Source of the DNA: the human T2T-CHM13v2.0 reference genome, Homo sapiens
Assembly: GCF_009914755.1 (NCBI RefSeq)
Contig: NC_060938.1
Reading direction: 5' to 3' (one strand)
DNA: 64,000 bases
Position 1 is the first letter of the stretch, and the number at the start of each line of letters is the position of its first letter. Both the position numbers and the translations under genes were made by a program. A model generated the notes under the pieces. It saw nothing but the letters and a program-made list of their open reading frames with translations. It did no database searches and was not told where the DNA came from. This document shows, one piece after another, positions 14,781 through 31,101 of this stretch.

Positions 14781-17700
14781 CTCCCTCATCTATAGATTTC
14801 TACAACTTTCAGATTATTGCAGCAAGTGGTTCCATCTGTAAATCACTTGGCTAGCTTATGTGTGTTGTCTCTCTTCCATAACACATCAACCCAAGATTTC
14901 CAACAAAAGAATAATAACTTAAAACAACAACAAAAAAACTCACTCACACAAAGTATGTGTATAAGCAGGTTGTACTCGAGTTTTCGTGGAATAAAGATGT
15001 TTTCATTTGCAGATTTGCAAACAATATGAGATTAAAAGTTAGCCACCCCCGCCCCTAAAAGTCTTCCTGTCCACCACCATTTTTCATGGCCAGACTACCC
15101 CACACAGCACACCAGAGAAATAAGCACAAAGATCAGAAATTTTGAATAAAGTCCACATTATCAAATTTTTTCTCCTATGGATTTTGATGTCATATCTAAG
15201 AACTATTTACCTAACCCAATATCACAAAAACCTTTCCTTCACCTGCCTCTTATCCTTTTCCATTGTTCTACATCTGTCCTCCACCATTGTCCCCCTCCCC
15301 ACCAAATTACTCTAACTAAAATGACCTAAGTGATAGGATAGAAGTAGCTTCATTGTCTTATTTTTATGTACCAAATCTTCTTGTTCTAATTATGAACACT
15401 CCTTCAGGACAGGATTTGAGATGCCAATTAGAGTACCTCAACCCCTTAGTTAAAAGGGAGACACTAACTGTGATTCCTTGCAACAATGTTTTGGTCGTAT
15501 CAAGTGACATACATTTTATCCTTATTTATATTTCTGTTTAATCCCACTGTCACAGTTTTCCAAATAGCGATACATGATTGAGAAAGTACACTAAGGTGCT
15601 AACAGCAAAAAGAAACCTGAGGTTTTTTTTTTTTTTAATTGCAATCAATTTTTGTATCTTTGTAAGTTAAAAAGAGGTTGCTTTTATGTTCTGGTCTTTT
15701 TTCACTCTCTCCTGTCTTTTTTGATTAATATAAGGTAAGGTTTGAAAAAAGCTTCTTACAATGCTAAGGAAGAAGTCGAATTTGACCAATGGAAAGAGGA
15801 AAGAAGGGGTGTGGGGAAGGAGAGAGAGAGAGAATGAATTACAGTGAAAGCCCATAAGACAGGCTTATTATCAGACTTAATATTTGCACAGAGGTTATTC
15901 TTTTTTTCAACAGTAACACATTTAAAGGGTCATTTTCTTCAAAAGGCTACAGGCCAAATTTCTGTGGGCTGTTCAAACCAAGAATTAGAGTGATTAAACT
16001 CATAACTACTACCACCTATAATAATCAAAATATCATGGCAACTAATGATTCTCCAGCTGAAAGTCAGAGCTCAGGGGTAAAAAATTATTTTCCATCAAAT
16101 AATAATCATTCTCCTAAAATCTTAGTCTCGCATTCCTTGAAATTAAATTTTTTCCTAAATTTTGTTTAAAAGCTTTCCCATCAATTCCAGTTCCCAGAAC
16201 AACAACAACAAAAAAGAAAACGCGTGGTCTAATAATCAGAAGTCTTAATGAAGTTGAAGACAATATAGAAATTTCTTGCACTTGCTTTTTTTTCCCCCAA
16301 AATGTTGGGATTAAATAGATCTAGCTACCCTCCTGCAAGTTTCTATACCCATTATAACAAACAAACAGAAATATTAAGGAAGTTCTTAGCCCCAGAGTTG
16401 GATTAAGTTGCATGCCTGATTTTTATTTCTCTCTAATCAGCCAAAAACAAAATTATTTGATCTAACACTCACGTAAAATCTGTTTACTAAGCTCATCCGC
16501 AATTAAATAAATACAAATAAAAACAACAGAGAGATACTTTTGCCATCCAACAGATTAGATAAATAAGGTTTGGCAATACTCAGCAATGGTGTCAGGATGT
16601 GAGCACTCTATTAAACTATACATGGGAATACAAAGTAGTACAGCCAATTGAGAGTATAATTTCAGGATCTATGAAATTAAAAGAACACATATCTAGCAAT
16701 GTCACTTTTAGAAATCTCACCTACACATATAATAGGAATACATAAACATGTATTATAAAAATATTCTTTGCAGAACTTTTTAAATAGAATATTAGAAAAA
16801 AAAAGCAATGTGTCCATTAACAGAAAAATAAATAAATAAGCTATGGTAAATCTATGCAATGAAATACCATGCAAATATTAGAAGACTGAGAAAAATCTAT
16901 ATTAACCGCCTTAGAATTGCCTTGAGTCTGTTTATGACTCGGTCAAATTAAAATTCTCAGTATAAAGGTATTGCAATGTTTTGTACAACTAACCAGAGAA
17001 AACTCACTCATGGTCACAGAGTATTAATTCACAGAATTTATATTGCAACCCAGAGATGACTGTCTCTAAGATCATTTGCTTCCCAGGCCCTGCTACCTTC
17101 TACTGTGTATCACTAGCACTGCTGCATTTTGTGACAAGTTCACAGAAAGGCTCTGTTTTTAAAAATTCACTATTTGAAAAGCTAAATCTGCACAATAGAT
17201 TAATTGAGAAGTAACTGTCTATATCACAATAATTTAGTTCACTTTCAAATGGATTCAAACGAGGATCTTTTAAAAGGCAAAATTTCCTGGTGCTTTAAAA
17301 ATATGACTGCATTTACATAAACTTTAGAGGAATATATCTGTTATGTAAATCGAGGAATGCAAGCAATCTAAGACCTCTGACATTCCCTTTTCAAAGAGCA
17401 TTGTGAACAACCTGTCTAACCTGTCATTCTCAATTTGCAGGTACAAAGGAATTACACCATCATCTCTGCTCCCTAGAAGCTTACAATTCATCCTGGTGTA
17501 CTAGGTAGGGCAAGCGCACTCTCAACATTTAGAATTAAATGCTTAAATCTCATACTGGGAGCCACACAGGCCATCACTTATCACTCACTCAAACATAGAA
17601 GCAACAGAATTTCTGATACGTCATGTTTTTACATTTTCCCCTGTCCCCTTTTGTTCTCCCTAAAACTTGTCCCTAAAAAATAAGCTTCCATAAACTGAGC

Positions 17701-19087
17701 TTTTTGAAGGGGACCCGTGAAGTCCACATGAATCACAAAACACATTAGCTTCAACTTTCTAGGTGTTAAAGATCAAATGACAAAAATCCATTCAATCAAC
17801 CATCAAGGTTACTGCTGAGGGGAGCAGAGATATTAAATACTATTCAAAGAGAGTGTGATGCGGCTGAATTAGACATCAGAAATGCCTAGGTTCCAGGCCA
17901 GGCATAAAACATCCCCCTCCTCTATGGCCCTGGGCAAGGCATTTAACAACTAACTTCAGTTTCTTCCCACCTATAAAACAGATAATCATCACCTTCTTCT
18001 GAGATGTGTATAAATTAATTATTTGAGGTTTGGAAAGAGTTGTGAAGGCAAAATGATATTCATAAATACTAAATATTAGCTGATTTTCTTTTCAATTTCA
18101 TGCCTTTATTTTGGCATTTTATATTGAATTACATAAACTGAGAAGCAGGAAATATGACCACCATGTATCTGATTATTCTTTCTTAAATTACATAAGGGCT
18201 AACCTCAGGGATTAAAAACAGTTCCAAAGGACTCATAAGTCATCATACATTATTAACAGGAAATATTATTTGCAAGGCATCTTAATATCCTATAACATAG
18301 CCTAATATTTTTATTAGCTATGTTTCACAAACACTCTCGGGGGTGGTATCATAGATTTGTCACCATCTTACCACTTAGGAAACAGGCGAAGATTGAACAC
18401 ATGCCTTGCACAGGAAACTTCCCATAATTAGAAGTCATGGTTTCTAAATTACCAATCTCTCCTATGAATCACATCTTCCATACAAAAGAAATTGTCCAAA
18501 CGTGCATCCATAGGCATCTATGCCTATGGTGCATGGTTTTAGAGATTCTGTAAATGTTAGAAACAGTTTTAGCCTATAAAATGGCATCAGCTCCAAAGTT
18601 CTCTCCTGATGCTTTGAAGCTAGGCTGTGCATATGCTAGAAATTGTCTTTTGAAAAAATACTTTTTATCAGAAGAGACTTTATTAATCCGTATCACTATT
18701 TAAATTGCTAAGAGGTGATTTGTTACCTCTGTCCAGAGCTAAGCAAAGGCCAGATGATGAAGAGCCCTGAATGCCGTGCTGGGGAGTCTGGACCTTATTC
18801 GAACAACTAAGGAGGGCCCGGGATGGGAGGGAAAGAAATGCTCAGATTTACATTTGGGAAAACTCATTCTAACGTCATGAGGAAAGATGGTCTGGAAAAA
18901 GGTAATACCATGTGCAGGAAGATAAACTAGGGGAGCAGAGCGATTGTGAAGGGTTATGTTGGCTTGAATTAAGAAGGAGGCAGTGAAGGTGGAGCCGGAA
19001 AAAAGAATCTAAGAGGTGTTGAGTAGATAAAATCAGTGGGCTAAAAGCCAGAGGGGATAGGATCCAGAGCCCAGGAGTAGGGATTGA

Positions 19088-19420
<333 letters not shown>

Positions 19421-22138
19421 TAGAGATGACCTCAGAGGAACGGGGCTTTTCACGACTGTGTAAGGACAAGTGGGAAGTGAACAGAAACCTGGGCAAGCAG
19501 CCTGCATTGGGAAGGCCCCCAGCAGAAGGAAGCCTGGGGAGCAGCCAGGTTTGAGTTAAAGCAGGAAACAGAGGGAATGCTCTGACAACCTGGGGATGCA
19601 TTTGCCATAGAACAAAGTTTTGCTCTGCTAATTCTGCAGCTCCTATCAAAATGACTCTGAAGTCTAATTCTGATCTCACATGTTCACTTGTAGCTTTCCT
19701 TTCCAAGAAAGTGTCAGCTATAAATTAAATAGGCAATGTTTTCTAGTTGTACTCACCGTAAAACATATTAAAATACTTGGCCATGGGGAATGGAACACCA
19801 GGCTACTCTTAACCCAAAGGTGGCAACCTCAATTCCAAGATCTGTGTACTCTGGGATATGCAGTCCCCATGCATTGATCACTAGGCATGACGAGTGGTCT
19901 CAAAAGTCTTCTAAAGTCACCCAAAATACAACAAATTTCAGACGTAAGGGTGTGCACAAGCACACACACATGCACACACAAGGAATAGTGTTATTCAGGC
20001 CAGAAATAAAACAAGAACATGTTTTTAAAGACTATGAAAATACTAACTACGTACCCTTGTGACACTATTAAATGCTTTGTATTTGAAGTATAAATATAGA
20101 CCAATAATATATTATCTTCTTAGGAAAATTTTATAATGTAGCATACATAAAGTGAACATTAAAAGTTCTAAATTTGTTTCAAATATCATGTATGTCCAAC
20201 AACCTCCCCAGGTTAACTTATAATGACCATGAGACAATAGGATGCCAAGGACTCTGTAGAGAAACCTATGGCACTCCACTCAGAAAAATATAAATTATGT
20301 GTTTTTTCCATACCACAAAAGCCACAAAAGGTCATCAATCCAACCAAAGTATTCAAATAAAGGTTCTGCCAGGCCACTGAGTCCATTATGGCAAACTGGG
20401 CAGGTGGCTTCAGCAGAAACCCTTCCATCTGAAAACTTTCCCTTAATATTTATCTCCTTTCACTTAATCTCACCAACCCCAATTTCTCTGAGCCAAAACC
20501 TACATAGCCAGGAGATGCTATTTGTAGAAATTTTTTCAAACCTTAATCTCTATCCAAGATGAAATTGTAATGGTATAAATGTTCTTTCACCATTATATAT
20601 ATACACACACACACACATATATATATAGATATGTATCTAGATACATACATACATACATATCTATCTATATATCTTCCCTAACTCTTCTGTCCATATTTTT
20701 GTGCTCTGGAAGGCTTCCTATCTCAGGACACATAGCTTACATACCTAGGGCCAGATACAGAAGCTCAGCCATTGTGCAGGAGAAACTGTGTAAGGCCATG
20801 TCGTCTTATTTGTTTTCCCTGGCCAGCTTCCCCAGAGTACCTGTCTAGAGGGAAAATGCATACATCTCATATACAAAATGCAATAACAACCCCTAGAATT
20901 TTACTTTCTTTTTCAATTATTTTCTAATCTTGAAGAGCAAATTCAAGATAAATATGACAATGGTGTCCCTTCTCAAAATCAGTTCACAAGCACAAATAAG
21001 CTTTTTTCTGAGGTCTTAGAGAAAACTCCAGTGCTTCTCCACAAAGAAAAGGAAACAAATTCCATGCAGCCACGTGATTATAAAAGGAAGTTTTACTCAT
21101 GTCCTTCTCTATGTAGATTTATGAGGGTTTCTGCTGACACGAAGTATGTTCTCTACTGAATTCCTCAAGTGAAGCAAAACCACACGTATCTGGTTCTAAA
21201 GCAACATATTGAGTCACTAGTTTACATAGCAAATGTGAAATAGTCATTTGGAAGCCTGAGGCATACCTGTGAAGTGGATTGAACCATAAGAACTGCCTGG
21301 GAAAAGAAAAGAATAAAAAAAAAATGCAAAAAAACAACAACAAAAAAAACTACATTTAAAAAATCACCAGTCTAAAATTCAGCTTAGGTTACAAATCACC
21401 TCAACTACTTACTCATAGGTAGGTGCCAGCAGAATGCACACTGGACAGAAAGCAGGGAATCTGGGTGCATGTATTTGCCTAATGAATGAACTCTTGCAGC
21501 TGTTGCAGAATGGACACTTGATGCAATCGTTAATTCTCCCTTAGATTCTAATGGTGGCTATTCTGACGTTGTTTGCCAAGGCGTTGTGTTTCTTTTAGTG
21601 TTTGGACCTAATAGTCGTCGTGGTCTGGTCTCTTTCTGTTGCTGTCCTGGAATCGGTCATCAAACTTTCAGCAGTGCTACTTCTGTAATCTTACCCTCAA
21701 GTCCATTTTTTCTTGCATTCCCATTGCAACAACCCAAGCTCTGGCTCTCATTATCATTCCCAAAGGTTACTGCAATCTTCCTAGCTAGTTTTTTGGTGCC
21801 AAAGCTTTCATTGCACACCAAGGCCAGATCAGTTTTCTCAGAACACTGCTTGGATCATGGCTGGAAATTTCAAGTTTAAACTCCATAGGTTCTCCCTGCT
21901 CTGCTCTTCCTTCTTCTATTTCTCAAGAACATATATGACCTCCCCAGTAAATGCCTTACCCTCAAGCCGATTGGATCATTGGTTATTCCTCAAGCTTACT
22001 CTATTTATTCTACCTTTGTGCCTTTGCTCCTGTTTTTCCCACTGCCTAGAATGCCACTTCCCATCCATGGAAAACTGCACCATCTGTGAACTGCCAACAC
22101 AAATATCACTTTCTGTGTAAAATTGTCAATTAAAAAAC

Positions 22139-22826
<688 letters not shown>

Positions 22827-22869
22827 TCAAAATACTTTCTGATATTTGTTTTTTAACTCCCATCTTATT

Positions 22870-24030
22870 TATGCATTCAATACATGTACATTGAAAGCTT
22901 ACCAAATTTAAGGCACCGTGCTAAAAGTTGGAAGCACAGGGGAAAATAAGCAGGAATGTAGTCCCTGCTTTCATGGAGGTGTAGTCTCACAGAGAAACAG
23001 TTATTGCATAAACAATTGCAGAATAATAATGAATTATTTACATAATGAATAACAAGAGAAATTAGGACTACAGTTTCAGGCTACATAATAGGGGCCCTCA
23101 ACCACAATAGGGGAGCATCAGGCAAAGTGTCCCAGAAAAAGTGATGCTTAGGCTGAGATAAAAGGGATTTGCAAGAAGTATCCCAAACAAAAATTTGATC
23201 AAGGGTGTACCAGGCCAAGGAAATTGTCTGTACAAAGTCTCTGAAACCAGAAGGACCCTAAAGAAGCCCAGTGAGATTTGGCCATAGAAGAAAGTGGAAG
23301 AAAAAAATACTGCTTAGAATAAAGCAGCAGAGGAAAAAAGGGACCAGATGATACAGGGGCTTCCAAGCCATTTAAGAATTTTAGACTATGCCAAGTGCAT
23401 TGAGAGCCCACTGAATGGTTATAAATGAAAGGATGATGTAATTAGGGCCGCATGTTTTAAGAAATCATGCTGAAGACAGTTAAATAGTGGAAGAAGGGGA
23501 CCAACGGCAGATGCAGAGGGCCCAGTACAAAAGGCATTTCAGCCATCCCAAGAATGAGTGTTTGGACCAACATGTCATCATTGGAATAGGGAAAAGTAAA
23601 CAGAGTTGATAAGTATTAGGTTGAATCATCCGAAATTGCTTTTTTGTTGTTGTTGTTGTAAAAATGTGGTTCCTAATCAGCAATTGCATATAGAATGCAG
23701 GTTTGGCAAGACTTGGTGCTTCGTTGGGTACGGGAAATGAAGGAGAAGGAACTAAGGAGAATGCCTATTTTTCTGGATGTACAAATGACAATGTCATTTA
23801 CTGGAATGGAAAAGACAGGAGGAAGAGCAGATTTGGTGAAATAAGTCATGATTTTCATTTAGGATACGTTGAATTTTATGAGAAGCCTCTGAGCTACCCA
23901 AAAATGCAATTGTATATAGTGATCTGTATTAAAGGCAAGCTCCGGGATGGAAATTTTGATTTGGAAGTCATCACTGTATGGACACCTTAGGAGAGGATAA
24001 GATCACTAGAGAGAGGGAGGAAAAGAGAGA
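22870..24030. mobile_element. Old L2 LINE fragment (similar L2 remnants at ~18740-19080, ~21660-22130, ~36130-36650)
   Basis: 'cattcaatacat..attgaa', 'ccctgctttcatggag', 'ttggaagtcatca' L2-like motifs. Confidence 0.6.
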
Positions 24031-24047
24031 GAGAAAGCATGCATGTG

Positions 24048-24164
24048 TCATAGTTCTTAACAAGGGATGTACTAAGAAATACTCATGAAATTTTGTCTCA
24101 AAATACAAACACCAAAGGCCCAATAAATCAGAATTTCTGGGGTCTGGATGTGTGTAGCTTTAAA

Positions 24165-24217
<53 letters not shown>

Positions 24218-24260
24218 CTTTCCAGGTGTTTCTGATGTATATCCCATGATTAACATTGCC
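24048..24260. mobile_element. MER5-like element containing an A21(TA)n microsatellite
   Basis: 'aatcagaatttctgggg' and 'ccaggtg.ttctgatg' motifs; repeat visible at 24162-24216. Confidence 0.6.
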
Positions 24261-24748
24261 AGAAAAGCAACGTGAGGAAAGGGAGCCCAAGATAGAGCCC
24301 AAATAAAAGCCAACACTTAGATTTGGGAAGGGAAGGGAATGTTGGCCAAAAAACAAAAGACCAAGAAGGTGCAGCCAGGAAGTAGAAAGGAGCAGAGTGG
24401 AAAATGAGGACATGGCTCCATGTGTCAAACGCTCTCAGAGACAAAATGAAGGTTCAGAGGACTACAACATGACTGCTGAATTCACAATGTGGTCATCTCA
24501 CCAAGGGCAGATTGCATGAAGTCCAGGGTACAGAATGCAGAGAGAAGAGAAATAAAGGGTGAGTCCAAGGTGGGGGAAACCAGACTAGGAGTGAAGAATT
24601 AGGGTAGGAGTTATAGGGGGCATGGGATCAAGGTGGGCATGTAGTTTCCATGGGATTATTGTTCCTTCCTTGGCAACAGGAATTAATTCTCTCTAGGACT
24701 TCTCTGCATCACCCATAATGCTCAGCATGCTGCCTTATACCTAGCTCA

Positions 24749-25100
<352 letters not shown>

Positions 25101-25409
25101 TGGTAAAGTGCATCTTTTACAATTTAGAGGATCTCTTCAAAAACACAGACTTCAAATCAAATGGATTCCATTACCTTTAATTATTCCAAGACTAAGTATG
25201 CCCCTAGTATATACCAGACACCCTGCTCACCACTGAGGATACAGACAAGACATTGTCCCTGGTCATAGGTTTATAAATGGGGGCTATATAGGCTTAGAGG
25301 AATGGGTTCTTGGGGGAGAGAGGTGATTCCTCAAGGGTATACACTGTAGAACCTAAGTTGAGGGGTCATTTAATTTTATAGCAAGCCACCAAGTCATGTA
25401 AGTGTACAG

Positions 25410-25859
25410 ACTCTCTCTATATATATCTGTATCTATATATCTATATCTATATCTCTCTATATATCTATATCTATATATCTATCTATACCTATATCTATAT
25501 ATACATGTATACATAGTGTATATATATATATAGATATATACATGTATATACAAATATAGATATACTTGTATATATAGATAGAGATATAGATAGATATATA
25601 GATATAGATATAGAGAGAGGTATCATGGCTCACTGCAGCCTCAAATTCCCAGGCTTAGGTGATCCTCCCACCTCAGCCTCCTGAGTAGCTGGGACTACAG
25701 GTGTGCACCATCACGCCTGGCTAATTTCTTGGATTTTTGGTAAAGACAGGGTTTCACCATGTTGCCCAGGTTGGTCTTGAACTCCTGAGCTCAACCGATC
25801 CTCCTGCCTCATCCTCCCAAAGTGCTGGAATTAAAGGCATGAGCCACTGCTCCCAGCCC
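25410..25859 (-). mobile_element. AluJ (25621-25859) with an adjacent (TATATC)n/(GATATA)n simple repeat
   Basis: Directly visible. Confidence 0.85.
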
Positions 25860-27829
25860 CAGACTATATTTTTATGCTTCCTAAACTTTTCCATGAGGAG
25901 GTCTAGAGGAAATTTGGACTCTTTCATTCCCTCCTTCTGACGTTGTGCAGGCAGAATAAGACACCTAAAGCCAGGAAGCTACTTTGGGGAGCCCCAGCTC
26001 ACAGCTTTCAGCACATTAATGAGTTCTCCATTCCTCACAAACAGTGGAAATATCCCCTGCTACTTAGTTAAAGGCTTCAGTGATCTCCCTTCTTCTCAGC
26101 TGGAGAAACTGCTGGGCTCTCTCTTCCTTTGGGAGCTTGCAGAGGTAAAGGCCAGGACTCTCTGAGAAGTTTTTAAACCAGGGAATCAGGCTATATTGGG
26201 GACAAATAGTCCTCTACCATAGTTCAGAGAGCTCTGGAGATAGGAAGATCCTTAGGATCCTCTCCCCAAGAGGGGGCACTCAGCACCTGATTGGGGTCAC
26301 CTGGCCACTAGGGGGCTTTAGCAACACACTGGAAGACAAAAGGATTGAGATCAAAAGCACTTTGTTTTCTTGAGAACACTGTAGCCCTCTCATTTGATAA
26401 CACATTCTTATTTCTCCACCTAATCAAATCCTCCCAATACTTAGAGGTGTCAAAATGCTCATTAAAAATATAATGACAGTCAAAACCCAGTGTCAGAATA
26501 AGCACAGAGCTTTAAACCAGTACTGTACTAAATCGTTTAGGATTAGCACTTCTCCAAGGAACGATGAAAGTAAAGTCATAGACTGTCCATGAATAAAACT
26601 GAAGAAGGTGGAGGACAGCCAGGAGCTGCATCCATTCACTGCTTTTCAAGAGAGGAAACAGAAGAGTACAAGAGACTTAGGAAGCTTGAATGACAGTAAA
26701 GAGAAACTGAGTGGAAGATGCTTTGGTCATCCCTGGGGAATTCACCACTCCAGGGCATAGTTTGATTTCAGAGGCATTTGGAGTTAAGACCCTTGCTTTA
26801 TAAATGAGATCCAGGCAAATCTAAGTGCTTACTTTAAAAACATCCTTTCCTAGCTGTTCAAAAGAGAACAAACTTAGGGCCTGTCATAAAATGTGCCTGG
26901 AAACTATTAATGTATCAGTGGTCTTAAATGAAAACATTTCCTGTAAATACACAAGATCCAACACATGTTAACTAAAAGTAACTTTTTCTTCCAGAGGATT
27001 TCATACTTCATAACTATCAAGTAGCTACCATACCTTTGGTAAAATTAAACCTTCATTTACAAATATGCCTTTACATTCCAAAAGGTTTAAAGCTTTACCT
27101 AAAACCTTGAGATATTGTTAAATAAAAATCACTACATGAACAGCATTAGAACTATAAATTTTAAAAGGCCCACCAATTAAAGAGTAGTTTACTTTCTCAT
27201 TTTTTAAATTCTCCAGAGTGTGAGTTTTTCCTTCCCCTATAAAAAGTCGTATATTACATTAAAACAATACATGAAACAAAACAGTAGGCTGTTCAATTTT
27301 TCAAGAAACAGCCCTGATTAAAATCATATTTCTCTTCAATACTTTCATCTAATGAAAATTGCAGAATTCCACATGTATGTATATAAATTTCAAAATTTCA
27401 TATATACATAGATGTGGAATTTTTACATATAATATGTAAATTATAAATTATAAAAATGTATATAAATGTAATATATTATATATGTTATATAATATATTAT
27501 ATAAATTATATAATTTTATATATAAATTTCAAAATTTATATACGTAGGTGTGGAGTTCTGCAATTCAGAATTGCTAAACCCAGCCCAATCTAGGGCTGAA
27601 ATAATTTCAATTCTTTTGTGTTATTTTTAGACTTTTACCTTTGATGATTTGTTTTTAGGTGTAATATGGTGAATTTGGTACATACTGGGCACATTTTTCT
27701 TTTACTAACTTGGGCAACTTAATAAAATTCGTTCAAGACCATTCATGTAAAATATATTTAAATAACTTTGAAATGTTATTGAACAAGAACAACACTCCCA
27801 ATAGAAAGTACAGATGAGGGAGGTTCACT

Positions 27830-28215
27830 TGTACTCGTTAGCTAGGGCTTCCATAACAAAGCCCCACAGATGGGGTGGCTTAAACAACAGAAATGTATTT
27901 ATTCTTCATAATTCTGGAGGCCAGAAGTCTGAGATCAAGCTATCAGCAAGGTTGATTTCTTCTGAAGCCTCTCTCCTTGCCTTGGGATGGCTTTCTTCTC
28001 CCTGAGCTCTCACATGGACTTCCTTCTACATGTGTCTGTGTCTGTATTTCCTATTCTTATAAGGACGCCAATCAGCTTAGATTGCCCCACCCTAATGACC
28101 TCATTATAATTCCCTCTTAAAAGACCCTATCTTTAAACACAGTCCCATTGTGAGGCACTGGAGGTTAATAACTTCAACATATGAATTTGGGGGGACAAAA
28201 TTCAGCCCATGACAC
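27830..28215 (-). mobile_element. MLT1-type MaLR LTR
   Basis: 'ggcttaaacaacagaaat', 'tctggaggccagaagtc', 'ttcaacatatgaatttggggg' motifs. Confidence 0.8.
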
Positions 28216-29657
28216 TTGTCTTCAATGAGTATGTGTCATATTCCTAATTTAATTGGCCACTATTGGAATACTTCATGTTTATTAAAAGGGAAGTTCACAA
28301 TACACTACAAATCCTTTAATAATATTCTGAATATAAGAGTTATGCTTATAAATAAAACCAACATATCTGAGCAAGACAGAAGTTTATGGAACTCTTTGGG
28401 TAAATGTCTTGGCCCTAGGAAGCATATTTTTATCCAAAAATATTTTAACATACTTTTTTCTAATTATAAAGATAATATGAAGAAAATGTTTAGTCTTTAC
28501 AAAAGACTAAAGAAAGTAAAAACACTCAAAATCAGTAGAAATTACCCAAATCCCATCCTCCAGAAGTTATCATTGTAACTATGGTGCTAGACATTCTGAA
28601 CATCTGTGTACATACAAAGACATACACACACAAACACACACAACTTAATATTGATGGAATTGTCCTTCCTACAGAGTTGCTTTCTATTGCATTTTTTTAA
28701 TTTAAAAATAATATGCTATTGAAATATCTTTCCATGCCAGTGACTACAGTTATGACTGATTCTTTTCAGTGGCAACATACAGTTTCATTGTATGAATGCA
28801 TAATGATGATTTTGATCCATCCTTTATTGATAGATGCTTAAGTCTCTAGTTATTTTATTCCAACTATTTCTAATGCTCTGATGATTTGTATATATATTTT
28901 GGTGTATTTGAGATAAATTACCTGAAGTGGAGTTTTAAATTTTGAAATCCAGTATCAGGCTGCCTTCCAGAAAGTTGTACAAATTTTTATTAATAATGCC
29001 TAATTATTAATATGCACTTTAATAACACAGTGAGAAGTCAGTCACCTGCCCATCTTCACACATTCTTGCAAATATATGATATCACCAATCTTTAAATCTT
29101 TGCCAAATAGTTAAGTTCAAATGTGATAACTAAATTTTGCTTTATTTGCATTTCTTGAGTTACTTCTGAGTGTTCTTTTATTTTTGTATCTTACATAAAA
29201 CATTTATTCTCATTGCATTTATTTGAACAAAATGTCATTTCTAAGCCATCACAGAAAAATAGGCAATAACAAGATTATGAAGTATTTCAGGCATCTAAAT
29301 ATATCCTGTCAAATTACCCTTTCCCATCCATACCTTCAATGGTGATAACTTATGACCTGGTAGGAAATGAATCAACCAATCAAATTCTATCTCCCTGCTG
29401 TGTTCACCAGGATATCCTAAGAAATGTTGCCAGTTGGCACTGGAGCTGAATGTTAAAGCCTTCCATGGGATAGGTCTTGGTTATCACCAGTCACAATCAT
29501 GTGTAATTTAAAATCAGAAGAAAAGGGAGAAGATACAGATACAGTTTTTTGGTAGCAGGGGAATGTCTTGTTTAAAAAATTACAGGACCTAAAGTAGGAG
29601 TTTCAAAACTTTGGCTAAATCTTCAGGTAGCTAAAGAGCAGCTGAAAAGAAGTGTGT

Positions 29658-29957
29658 GGGCCTAGCTCAGTGGCTCACCCGTAATCCCAGCACTTTGGGA
29701 GGCCAAAGCGGGCAGATTGAGCCCAGGAATTTGAGACCAGCCTGGGCAACATGACGAAACCCATCTCTAAAACAAATACAAAAATTAGCCAGACATGGTG
29801 GTGCATGCCTGTAGTCCCAGCTACTCAGGAGGCTGAGGTGGAAGAATCACCTGAGCCCAGGAGGTCGAGGTTGCAGTGAGCCATGATCATACCACTGCAC
29901 TCCAGCCTGGGTGTGGGAGTGAGACCCTGTCTGAAAAAATAATAAAATAAAATAATG
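29658..29957 (+). mobile_element. AluJ
   Basis: Full-length Alu. Confidence 0.9.
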
Positions 29958-30456
29958 AAAGAAAGAGAGAGAGAGAGAATATGTGGCTAAATTTTGAGTC
30001 TATTTCTTAATCTTGGTTGGCTGGGGAGGAACTAAATGAAAATTAGTGGAGAGAGAGGAGTAGACAAATTAATAATAATTAGGTGTATAATGATATAATT
30101 GATTGACTCCATGTGGGCTGGAGGGTCTAGCAAGTATGAGATGGTTAGGAAAACGCTCCTCTTCCTTATGAATTTACTCAGGGATTGCAAACTTGAATAT
30201 GTCTAAAGGCCAAACAGGAACTGCAAATGTGAAGAAGAAGCAAGTATCTGTTCCACCTAAAAGGCATTCAGATTTTGTTTTTTAAATATGATGCTGGCTG
30301 AAAAGAGCATGTCTATAGGCCTAATTCCATCTATGATTTGCCATAGTGACACCTGCTTTAGACTCTAATAATATTGAGAATTGATGTGTGTCCTAGTCCC
30401 AAGACAGTTTGAGCTCACATAAAACTTTGTTAATCCTTGCCTTACCCTCATGTCAT

Positions 30457-31101
30457 TGTTATAGACTAAGTTGTCCCCACTTCCCCCAAATTTGTATGTT
30501 GAAGACTTAACCCCCTCAGAATGTGACTGTATTTGAAGACAGACCCTTTAAAGAGCTGATTAAGTTAAAATGAGGCCTGTCGGGTGGTCAATTTGACTGG
30601 TGTTATTATAAGAAGAAATTTGTTTGGTTTTTGTGTTTATGTGTGTGTGTGTATGTGTGTGTGTTCTGAGACAGGGTCTCACCCTGTTGCCCAGGCTGAA
30701 ATACAATGACAAGATCATAGCTCACTGCAGCCTCAACCTCCTGGGCTCAAGCAATCCTCCTACCTCAGCCTCCTGAGTAGCTGGAACTAAAGCTACACAC
30801 CGCCATGCCCGGCTGTATTTTTTATTTTGTGTAGACATGGGGTCTTGCTATATTGCTCAGGCTAGAAATGCGGACACCCAGAGATGCCAGGGATTCTCAC
30901 ACACAGAGGAAAGACCACAAAAGGGCACAGTGGGAAGGCAGTCACCTCCAAGCCAAAGAGAGAAGCCTCAAGAGACACTAAACCTGGTGACACCTTGATT
31001 TTGGACTTCTAGCTTCCAAAAGTGGTGAAACAATAAATTTCTGTCGTTTAAACCACCCAGTCTGTGGTATTTTGTTATGGAAGTCCTAGGCAAGTAATAC
31101 A
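30457..31101 (+). mobile_element. MLT1-type LTR with an antisense AluJ fragment inserted (~30620-30862)
   Basis: TG...CA ends with 5-bp TSD GTCAT; AATAAA and 'gtctgtggtattttgttatgg' 3' motif. Confidence 0.85.
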
